A stretch of DNA of 64,000 bases from an uncultured Spirochaetota bacterium (lineage in GTDB: Bacteria; Spirochaetota; Spirochaetia; SZUA-6; CAVTHK01), in contig CAVTHK010000010.1 in assembly GCA_963734495.1 (NCBI GenBank), positions 160,001 to 224,000 of the forward strand, written 5' to 3'. Position 1 is the stretch's first letter. Each line of letters begins with the position of its first letter. A program made the position numbers and the translations under genes. Below the pieces are notes generated by a model. It was not told the DNA's origin, ran no database searches, and saw only the letters and a list, made by a program, of their open reading frames with translations. Shown here piece after piece: positions 51,736 to 59,429 of this stretch.

Positions 51736-52449
51736 CTACTGCTTGAGCCAGGACAGAAAACGGTTGACGACGCCGGGAGCCCGGCGGCGCGACGGCGGTG
51801 TGATGCCGCTGAACTTCGAAATATCGTCTTCCATGCCTCCGACCAGGAACACGTCCCCCTCCACGATCCGGTATGCGGGAGTGAAAAAGCTGTACTCCTC
51901 GCCGTCGCCGCGGCGCACGGCGATGACGTTCACGCCGTGCTCCGCCCTGAGATTCGCCTCGATGAGGGTCTTGCCGAAGTAGCGCTCGGGCGGACTGACC
52001 TCGGCGATGACGAACCCGCCTCCCAGCGGAAGAAAGCTGGTGATGGCCGACGAGGCGAGCATGGGCACGACGCGCCTCGCAGCTTCCCGATCGGGGAAGA
52101 TGACGCGATGGGCGCCTACGATCTGCAGGATCTCGCCGTGCTGATCGCTCTCGGCCTTGGCGATGATGTTGCCGACGCCCATCTTCTTGAGGTAGTTCAC
52201 CACCAGGATCGAAGCCTCGAGCTGGTCGCCGAGATCGATGATCGCCGCATCGATGCTCTCGGGCACAAGCCTTCGGATCACCTGCTCGTCGAGCGCGTCG
52301 GCGACGTACGCCAGCTTGACGATGTCTTTGTGCGCCTCCACGGCGTCGCGGTCCTTGTCGATGAGGAGAACGTCCGCGCCAAGCCCCTTGAGCTCCTCCA
52401 GGACCCTGCGCCCGAAGGCGCCGAGACCGATCACGGCAAACTGTTTCAT
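51736..52449 (-). CDS. ktrA: K+ uptake regulatory subunit, KtrA/TrkA family (RCK-N plus RCK-C)
   Basis: MKQFAVIGLGAFG, GAHRVIFPDRE, GKTLIEANLRAEHGVNVIAV. Confidence 0.88.
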   Translation of the reverse strand: MKQFAVIGLGAFGRRVLEELKGLGADVLLIDKDRDAVEAHKDIVKLAYVADALDEQVIRRLVPESIDAAIIDLGDQLEASILVVNYLKKMGVGNIIAKAESDQHGEILQIVGAHRVIFPDREAARRVVPMLASSAITSFLPLGGGFVIAEVSPPERYFGKTLIEANLRAEHGVNVIAVRRGDGEEYSFFTPAYRIVEGDVFLVGGMEDDISKFSGITPPSRRRAPGVVNRFLSWLKQ

Positions 52450-53774
52450 CAGCCTATCAAAACCTCCCCCTGAGGGTAGTCGATGATGCGCGCGGCGCGC
52501 GACCGCCTGTCTCTCGCCGCCAGCGAGATCAGGCCGACGCGGCCGATGAACATCGTGGCGATGATCACGACCTTGCCTGCGGCCGACAGCATCGAGGTGA
52601 TCCCCATGGACAACCCGACGGTCCCGAAGGCGGAGAACGACTCGAAGGCGAGCGAGATGAAGCTCTTGCCCGAACGGTACTCGAACATCAGCAGCAGGAA
52701 CACCGCGCCGGAAAGCAGGCCCAGCGCCCTCACCGCGAACAGGAGCGCGTCGCTTAGCGCGGAGGAGCCCACCTTGCGGTCGAACACCGTGATCTCCCCA
52801 TCCCGGTCGCGGCCGACAAAGAGCTGAAGGTAAACCAGGAATGCGGTGCTCGTCTTGATCCCTCCGGCGCAGGAGCCCGGAGATCCGCCGATGAACATGA
52901 GGACCATGGTAAGCAGCAGCGACGGCGGCGAAAGCTCGCCCTGAGGCAGGGCGTTGAACCCGGCCGTCCGGGGCGTAATCGACTGAAAGAGCGCGTTCAC
53001 CAGCCGGTCGCCGATGCTCAGGCCGGCCATCGTTCGGCCCGCCTCGAAGAGGTAGAAGAGGCCCGCGCCCGCAACGACGAGAGCGGCCGTAACGGTCAGA
53101 ACAATGCGGCTGTGGAACGTCACCGCGCGGGAGCCGAACGCCGCCCGCCGGAGGAGGTCCACAAAGACGACGAAGCCCAGCCCGCCGCATACGATCAGCG
53201 CCGCGATGGTGAGCAGGAGACGCGCGCTGGTGCGGTATGGCTCGAAGCTCGTCCTGAAGGGGGAGAGGCCTGCGTTGCAGAAGGCGGAAACTGCATGAAA
53301 CACGCTCATGAAGACGGGATCCTCGACGCGGCCTCGGAGGAACGGGTAAAGCGCGGCCGTGCCCGCCATCTCGAACGCAAGAGTGAACGACACGACATAG
53401 AGGGTCAGGCGCGCGGGATCGTGCTCGACCAGCGGCAGGGAATAACTCTGCACGAAATAGCGGGCCCGGAATGACATCCGCTTGCGCCCCGGCAGCATCA
53501 GAAAGAGTGTGGTGAACGTGATGAGCCCGAGGCCACCCGTCTGTATCAGGAGCAGGACGACGGTCTGGCCGAAACGCGAAAAATCGGCGATGTCCACGGT
53601 CGCCAGACCGGTCACGCACACGGCAGAAGTGGCGATGAAGAGCGCGTCGATCGGGGCCAACCTCCCAGGCCCGATCCAGGCGCCGGGGAGCAGGAGCAGC
53701 AGCGTGCCCGCGACGATCAAACCGGCAAAGAAGATAAGAAGGAAGGCCCTCGGAGGAACGGCCGCCTGGATCAC
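52449..53774 (-). CDS. ktrB: K+ uptake membrane subunit, KtrB/TrkH family
   Basis: Four pore motifs: SAVCVTGL, SAFCNAGL, PRTAGF, SAFGTVGLS; MFIGGSPGSCAGGIK; MFIGRVG. Confidence 0.92.
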   Translation of the reverse strand: MIQAAVPPRAFLLIFFAGLIVAGTLLLLLPGAWIGPGRLAPIDALFIATSAVCVTGLATVDIADFSRFGQTVVLLLIQTGGLGLITFTTLFLMLPGRKRMSFRARYFVQSYSLPLVEHDPARLTLYVVSFTLAFEMAGTAALYPFLRGRVEDPVFMSVFHAVSAFCNAGLSPFRTSFEPYRTSARLLLTIAALIVCGGLGFVVFVDLLRRAAFGSRAVTFHSRIVLTVTAALVVAGAGLFYLFEAGRTMAGLSIGDRLVNALFQSITPRTAGFNALPQGELSPPSLLLTMVLMFIGGSPGSCAGGIKTSTAFLVYLQLFVGRDRDGEITVFDRKVGSSALSDALLFAVRALGLLSGAVFLLLMFEYRSGKSFISLAFESFSAFGTVGLSMGITSMLSAAGKVVIIATMFIGRVGLISLAARDRRSRAARIIDYPQGEVLIG

Positions 53775-53783
53775 TGGACGGCA

Positions 53784-53813
53784 ACTCTATAGCGGGGGGC
53801 GTTCGGTTTTCAA
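53784..53813 (-). promoter_or_regulatory. Promoter of ktrBA (near-leaderless)
   Basis: TTGAAA (53813-53808), 18 nt spacer, TAGAGT (53789-53784), 9 nt before the GTG; no SD. Confidence 0.55.
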
Positions 53814-54420
53814 GGGTCGAGCGTCGTTTTTTCCGTTTCCGCGCCGCCGGCGTTTGAGGCTACCGGCGCCGGAACCGTGGCGTGAGCAGCAGCCGTCTGG
53901 ATTCCTGAGTCGTTCAGCGATCATCGCCAGCCTCAAGGCGGCTTGCAGGGGCTCGCATCCCCCTGCTATGCACGCGGGCGCAGGAGGCGCGGGGCCGAGG
54001 TTCGTCGTTCAGCGATGAAGTGAAAGTCGCAGGCGACGATGATCGCGGCCAATGAACATTGTCAGCACCAGAAAGAGGCGCGGCCATCCATCAGCCTTCG
54101 GGGCTGAGGTCGTTGACGAAGATCGACTGTTCGTATGCCGAAAGACGTCCGACGCATCCGGGCTCTCAATTCGGCTGTTTGACCAGTCCTCTTGTCCTTG
54201 GGATTGAGCCCTTTCGCATTGTAGGGGCGAGCATGGGGACGGAGATCGAGCGGGGCGCGGCTGTCCCTCCGCGCTCCCTTCGCCGGTCTCACGGCCCCGC
54301 GGATCGCCGAATGCTTCCTGTACCTAGCGAAGAAACTCCAGGCGGAGGAAAACAGAACAAGAGAACAGCGACAGGGAGCCGGAGGCGAACTGCCGAAAGA
54401 ACACGGGACGCAGGGGCTGT

Positions 54421-54489
54421 TCAGGTCCTGCGAGTCCGTTTGAACAGCTTCAGAATCCGCAGGACCAGTTCCACTAGGAACCCGATCAT
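54421..54489 (-). other. 22-aa amphipathic sORF, or decayed 5' remnant of an integrase-core transposase
   Basis: AAGGGGG SD plus MIGFLVELVLRILKLFKRTRRT*. A downstream minus-strand snippet AIIVACDF near 54050-54020 resembles rve-type transposases. Confidence 0.3.
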
Positions 54490-54633
54490 TAGGATCCCCC
54501 TTGGCGGAGGAACGAGTCGCCGGGGCTAACCTTAGCGAGGCGGCCGGTTCCGGTCCCGCGCCTCGCACCTACCTGGGAGTATCCTCAATCAAGTCTCTTC
54601 GCGCAACAGCTCGAGCCACCTCCTGGCCCCTTC

Positions 54634-54698
54634 TTTATGCGTTCTTTACATCCAGTGAGCGAAGTTTGACCCCGTTCTGACACCGGAAGTGGCAAGCT
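54634..54698 (+). promoter_or_regulatory. KdpE-like tandem boxes and promoter of the trk operon
   Basis: TTTATG 54634, TTTACA 54645, TTGACC 54666, CTGACA 54677, -10-like CAAGCT 54693; same spacing as the kdp promoter. Confidence 0.6.
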
Positions 54699-54747
54699 TA
54701 TCCTACCGGCGGTTCGGCGTCATACGACCGCCGATAGGGATACTGGC

Positions 54748-55262
54748 ATGGAACTGATGACTTACATGGAGTGCGACGACGCCTTTGTTGCATTCCCCAG
54801 CGTCCTGCAGGGACTCAGGATGGCGAGGGTCTCATCGAGCGACCTGCTCCTCGTAAGCACGGATCCGGTGCCGGAGGTCGGTGACCTCGTCGCCTTTGTC
54901 GGGTTGTTCAAGGCAGCGGGCGGAGAGGTGGACCGCCTGGGTGTTGCGAGCCCCCGGCCTTCCCTGGGGTGGATCCGCGCCGTGCGCGCCGAAGGTATCG
55001 CAAAGGTCTACTTCGTCGCGTTCGGCCCGGGATCGGACCCGCGGCAGCTGAGCCGGGGCAGTCTGCTGGAGGTCCCGGGGGACATCTGCCCCGCGCTGCA
55101 TGTCCGGATGCTTCGACGGTCAGCCGACGAGCGTCTGCGGGAACAGGTTCGACCAGCTCGTGCTGGGCCGGCGGCAGTTCACGGAGCAGTGCTTTGACCA
55201 GGTGGAGCGAATGCCGCTGGGCCGTCCTGACCGCCGCCCTCGCCACAGCGGCATCGCGATAG
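54748..55262 (+). CDS. Hypothetical protein with a C-terminal four-cysteine domain; two frameshifts (~55108, ~55200)
   Basis: AGGGA SD. Joined frames give ..DICPALHVR..DGQPTSVCGNRFDQLVLGRRQFTEQCFDQWSECRW..*, with the stop overlapping the trkA SD. Confidence 0.55.
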
Positions 55263-55271
55263 GAGTTGTCC

Positions 55272-55703
55272 ATGCACATCATCATCGTTGGCTGTGGACG
55301 TGTCGGGTCGGCCCTGGCCGATGCCAGCAGCCGAGGCGGCGACGATGTCGTGATCATCGACAAGGACCCCGGAGCCTTCCGGCAGCTGGGGGCGGGATTC
55401 AACGGCGTCACCATGCGCGGCACCGGCTGCGACGAGGAGCAGCTCCGTGAGGCGGGCATCGAGCGCTGCGACGCCTTCGTGGCGGCCACCGACTCCGACA
55501 GCGTCAACATGATGGCCGCAGAGATCGCCCTGCGCATCTACCACGTCCCGCGAGTTGTGGTCAGACTGTACGAGCCCCAGCACGAGCGGTCGATGCGCGT
55601 GCTGGGACTGGACTACGTCAACGACGCCGCCCTGTCGGTGCAGGCCATCCTCGGGAAGTTGGACGTGGACGTGCTGGCCGGCGACCGGCAGGAGAGCGCC
55701 TGA
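55272..55703 (+). CDS. trkA: TrkA-family RCK-N-only protein
   Basis: AGGAG SD; MHIIIVGCGRVG, LREAGIERCDAFVAATDSDSVNMM; no RCK-C domain. Confidence 0.85.
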   Translation: MHIIIVGCGRVGSALADASSRGGDDVVIIDKDPGAFRQLGAGFNGVTMRGTGCDEEQLREAGIERCDAFVAATDSDSVNMMAAEIALRIYHVPRVVVRLYEPQHERSMRVLGLDYVNDAALSVQAILGKLDVDVLAGDRQESA

Positions 55704-55704
55704 C

Positions 55705-56434
55705 ATGTTCGTGGCGATCAACGGCGGAGGCGAAGTCGGCTCGTTCCTGGCCCGGACTCTCCTCGGGAAAGGGCACGCGGTGAGCGTCATCGACAAGCGG
55801 TCGGAGGTCATGCGCAAGCTCGCCGAGGAGCTCTCGCCGAACATCCTCCTGGTCGAAGGCGACGGCTGCGACGTTCGTGCCCTGGAGGACGCCGGCGTCG
55901 ATCGAGCTGACGTTTTCGCCTCGGTGACGCCCCACGACGAGGAGAACCTCGTATCCTGCCAGCTGGCCCGCCTGAACTTCGGCGTCCGGCGGGTGGTTGC
56001 CCGGGTCAGCAGCCCGCGCAACGAGGGAGCATTCCACTCTCTGGGCATCGAGGCCATCTCCTCGACCACTGTCATCGGCCGAGCTCATCGAGGAGCAGCT
56101 GACCGTCGGCGACATCATCCGTCTCTACACGCTGCAGAAGGGGCAGCTCGGCCTGGTGGAGGTCGAGGTCCCGGCGGGAGCGTCGGCGGCGGACGGACGG
56201 ACCGTGGCCGAGCTCGGGCTGCCCGATGAAATCGTGCTCGTCTCCCTGACACGCGGCGACCAGCTGCTGATCCCCCGGGGCCGGACCTCCCTGCAGGCCG
56301 GCGACCGGGTGATGGCGATGACCCTGGCGGGACGGGAGCCGGAGCTTGCCCGGCTGCTCCGCGGCAACGGCACGGCGGCGAAGCGCGGCGGCGCGAAGGC
56401 GGGGGGTCATGAACGGCAACGGCGATTACCTTGA
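55705..56434 (+). CDS. trkA: TrkA-family protein (RCK-N plus RCK-C); frameshift near 56078
   Basis: MFVAINGGGEVG, GDGCD..LEDAG, DEENLVSCQLA; second frame LVEVEVP..GRTVAELGLP..LIPRG.T.LQAGD. Confidence 0.85.
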
Positions 56435-56558
56435 CTTTCGGCGGTGGCGTAACATCGTCTCCTACCTCGCCGGGATCGGCGTGGAAACCCTCTTCAGCCT
56501 GGCCCTGGCCGGCATCGGCATGCTGATCGTGGCCGGGTTGCGGATCCTCGCCAGTTAG
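56409..56558 (+). CDS. Small membrane protein (49 aa) inside the trk operon
   Basis: GGGGGG SD; MNGNGDYLDFRRWRNIVSYLAGIGVETLFSLALAGIGMLIVAGLRILAS*, filling the gap between trkA and trkH. Confidence 0.55.
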   Translation: MNGNGDYLDFRRWRNIVSYLAGIGVETLFSLALAGIGMLIVAGLRILAS

Positions 56559-56572
56559 CGCAAAGTACGTAC

Positions 56573-58077
56573 ATGCTCCTCAGGCCTCGGGCCGCTGACC
56601 TCAGGGTCATCGGTCTCTACACCGGCAGGATCATCTTCGGTGTTGGGCTGCTGATGGCGGTGCCGCTGGCGACGGCGCTCATCGCCGCGGAGTGGGCCCC
56701 GGCCGTCGACTTCGTCATCGGCATGTGCGCCTGCCTCGCCTTCGGCCTGCTGACCGAGATCGGCTGCCGGACCTCGCGCGATCCCACCTGGACGCACGGC
56801 CTGGTGGTGGCCGGCTTCTCGTGGCTGGCAGCCACGGCCATCGGGGCCATTCCCCACTGGCTCTCGGGCCACTACGGCTCCTTCCTCGACGCCATGTTCG
56901 ACCTGATGAGCGGCTACACCACCACCGGGCTGATCCTCATCCAGGACCTCGACCACGTCTCCCACGGCCTGAACATGTGGCGCTTCCTCCTGACCTACGC
57001 CGGCGGGCAGGGGATCATCGTCATCGCCCTGACCTTCCTCGTGGGAAGCGCTTCGGGCGCCTACCCCATGTACGTAGGCGAGGGCAAGGACGAGCGGCTC
57101 CTGCCCAATGTCATCAGGACAGCCCGGGCCATCTGGCTCGTTTCGCTGGTCTACCTCGCCGTCAGCACCCCGTTCTGTGGATCATCGCGGTGGCGAACGG
57201 CCAGTCGGCGGCCCGGGGGTTCCTCCACGCGCTGTGGATCTCCATGTCGGGATGGTCGACCGGCGGCTTCGCTCCCCAGTCCTACAACACCTACTACTAC
57301 CACTCCCTTGCCATTCGAGCTGGTCAACGGTGGTCATCTTCGTGGCCGGCTCGCTGAACTTCGCCCTGCACTGGGCCGTGTGGACCGGACGCCGGGGCGA
57401 GATCCGCCGCGACATCGAGATCGATCTCCTTTGCGATCACGATGACGATCGCCATGCTCGTGACAACCGCGGGCCTCATGAAGCTGGGGGTCTACCCCGA
57501 CTTTCTCGCCGCGCTGCGCAAGATGTTCTACCAGGTGGTGAGCGGCCACACGACCACCGGCTACTCCACGATCTACTCACGGGCTTTCGTCCGGCAGTGG
57601 GGACCGCTGGCCATGCTCGGGATCACCCTGGCCATGGCCATCGGGGCCAGCGCCTGCTCCACTGCGGGCGGGTTCAAGGGCATTCGCGTAGGTCTCGTCT
57701 TCAAGGGCATCGTGCTGAGCGTCCGTCGCGCCCTCGCGCCCGAGCGCGCCCGTGTGGTCGTGAAATGGCACCACCTCCGCACCCGGGTCCTCGACGAGTC
57801 CACGGTCGCCTCGGCGATGCTCGTCGTCATCTGCTACGTCGCGGTCTACGCGCTGGGGACGCTGGCCGGAGTGCTGTGCGGCTACCCGCTCATCGAGGCG
57901 CTTTTCGATGCGGTGTCGGCCGGCTCGAACTCCGGGCTCTCGTGCGGCGTCACCTCCCCGGCTATGCCCGCCTTCCTGAAGGTTGTCTACATCCTGGAGA
58001 TGTGGGCCGGTCGCCTCGAGTTCATGAGCGTGTTCGCCTTGGGCGGATACGTGATCTCGATCGTCAGGGGGCGGTAG
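56573..58077 (+). CDS. trkH: TrkH-family K+ uptake membrane protein; several frameshifts 57170-57440
   Basis: Pore motifs MSGYTTTGL, MSGWSTGGF, VSGHTTTGY, VSAGSNSGL; GASACSTAGGFKGIR; MWAGRLEF. Confidence 0.88.
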
Positions 58078-58082
58078 GCGAA

Positions 58083-58625
58083 ATGATCACGATTCTTGCC
58101 TTCATGCTGGCCGCCGCCTGCTCCAGCTCGGCCCAGATTGCCGAGATCCCGTCCCCGGGCAGCGCGGCGCTTGTCGAGGATGCGAAGGATTGGGACGGCC
58201 GCACCGTCAGTTTCACGGGAGAGGCGATCGGCGAGGCAATGCGCCGGGGCAAGATGGCGTGGATCCACCTCAACGACGACGCCTACGGCCTCGCCCAGGA
58301 CCCGGGCGCGCGGCTTTCCGGGTTCAACAGCGGCATGGCCGTGTGGGTCGACACGCAAATGGAATCCCGCATCGCTTTCTTCGGCGACTACAAACGTCAC
58401 GGCGACGTGGTGGAGGTGAAGGGCATCTTCCACGCCGCCTGCCCGCAGCACGGCGGGGACATGGACATCCACGCTGATTCGCTTCGGATCGTGCGGAGCG
58501 GTCACTTGGTCGCGCGGCCCATAGGCCGTTCGCGCCTTCTCGCGGCCGGCGTGATGGTTGCGCTAGCCGCATTTCTGTTCCTCGTGCGAGCGATCCTACG
58601 ACGACGGGGCGACACGGATCCTTGA
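58083..58625 (+). CDS. Exported OB-fold-like hypothetical protein with a C-terminal TM anchor
   Basis: N-terminal signal/lipobox-like LAAAC; WDGRTVSFTGEAIG, GDVVEVKGIFHAACPQHGGDMDIH; C-terminal TM followed by RRR. Confidence 0.65.
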   Translation: MITILAFMLAAACSSSAQIAEIPSPGSAALVEDAKDWDGRTVSFTGEAIGEAMRRGKMAWIHLNDDAYGLAQDPGARLSGFNSGMAVWVDTQMESRIAFFGDYKRHGDVVEVKGIFHAACPQHGGDMDIHADSLRIVRSGHLVARPIGRSRLLAAGVMVALAAFLFLVRAILRRRGDTDP

Positions 58626-58636
58626 AGACAGCCGGG

Positions 58637-58800
58637 CTGCTCTGTCTGCGCGGCCTCGGGGCGCGCTTCACCTCTGCGCCGCTGGGCGCCCTGACCCTGA
58701 AGAACACCGCGAGGGACAAGATGGCGCAGGCCTTGGGTTCAACGTGATCCGTCAGGTGGGCGGCAGCGTAGGCATCGCGGTTCTGGGCGCTATCGAAGCG
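58637..58800 (+). pseudogene. Remnant of a DHA2 (EmrB/QacA-like) MFS gene
   Basis: Frames read LLCLRGLGARFTSAPLGALTLKNTARDKMAQALG / FNVIRQVGGSVGIAVLGAI, resembling the late TM region of EmrB; no start, frameshifted. Confidence 0.55.
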
Positions 58801-59044
58801 CGGCAGGTCGTCTTCCACTCGACCTTCACCGGCCAGGCGATCGACTGGAGCTCGCCCGTCCTTCTCTCGCCCCTCTTGCCCTGCAGATCCACGAGCTGTG
58901 GGTGAAGCTCCCCGTCGCGGTGGCTGCGGGCACCCGGGGCTCCTTCACAACGGACTCGCCCTTCTCTCGATGCAGCGTAGAAAAGGGCTCGTAAGGAAGC
59001 GTGCGCTCTGCCCGGCGCTCAGGCCGGGACCGCGACGAAGCCCG

Positions 59045-59109
59045 TTTACAGCGCATTTACTCCGGCGCACGGCACTCTTACGCACGTTTTATGCCGTGCT
59101 GGGTACCAT
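59045..59109 (+). promoter_or_regulatory. KdpE-like tandem boxes and promoter of the kdp operon
   Basis: TTTACA 59045, TTTACT 59056, CTTACG 59077, TTTATG 59088, -10 TACCAT 59104; resembles the E. coli KdpE site TTTATA-N5-TTTACA. Confidence 0.7.
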
Positions 59110-59160
59110 TTGCCCCGTCAGTCGGCGGCGCGGGCGGGCAGCCCCCGCGGAGGAGGAGGC

Positions 59161-59250
59161 ATGGACCGGGTCACCGTGGTCAGCGTGGTCATTGCGATCG
59201 GGGTCTTCGTGGCGATGATCGTCGTGTCGCTGCTCGCAAGCGTTCGTTGA
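59161..59250 (+). CDS. KdpF-like hydrophobic peptide (29 aa), paralog of kdpF
   Basis: GGAGGAGG SD; MDRVTVVSVVIAIGVFVAMIVVSLLASVR*. Shares DNA (GAGGAGGAGGCATG, TGGTCATTGCGATCGGG) with kdpF. Confidence 0.65.
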   Translation: MDRVTVVSVVIAIGVFVAMIVVSLLASVR

Positions 59251-59339
59251 TCGGAGTTCCTTACGCCGAAGAGGCTCGTGATCAGACGAACAGGGCGATG
59301 TAGACGGCGACTGGTGGGTCGCCGCACTGAGGAGGAGGC

Positions 59340-59429
59340 ATGAACCTGATAACCGGGGTGAGCCTGGTCATTGCGATCGGGCTCTTCGTCTACCTGTGCT
59401 GGGCTCTTTTCAAGGCGGAGAAACTATGA
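59340..59429 (+). CDS. kdpF: K+-transporting ATPase subunit F
   Basis: [39 protein letters not shown] with the YL..AL..(P/A)E.(F/L) signature; ATGA overlap with kdpA. Confidence 0.88.
   Translation: MNLITGVSLVIAIGLFVYLCWALFKAEKL

Noticed and set aside
54070-54240. Lysine riboswitch (AGAGGCGC...GCCGAA)
   Set aside because: Lacks the loop-E AGTA/GAA motif and ACTGTC/GGAG elements, and no lysine gene lies downstream.
54300-54560. c-di-AMP (ydaO) riboswitch upstream of the K+ transport genes
   Set aside because: Fragments such as CGCCGAAT, GGCGGAGGAA and GCTAACC occur, but the GGGG..AATC, GTAGGG and CCCGAA.CCGTCAGCTAAC core is absent or out of order. An Rfam/Infernal scan would settle it.
13041-58077. 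Mass pseudogenisation or programmed frameshifting in alr, plsC, CoA-activase, M16, trkA, trkH
   Set aside because: Only 1-bp shifts with intact motifs on both sides, no in-frame stops noticed and no slippery heptamers; typical of long-read consensus errors. Read polishing would confirm.
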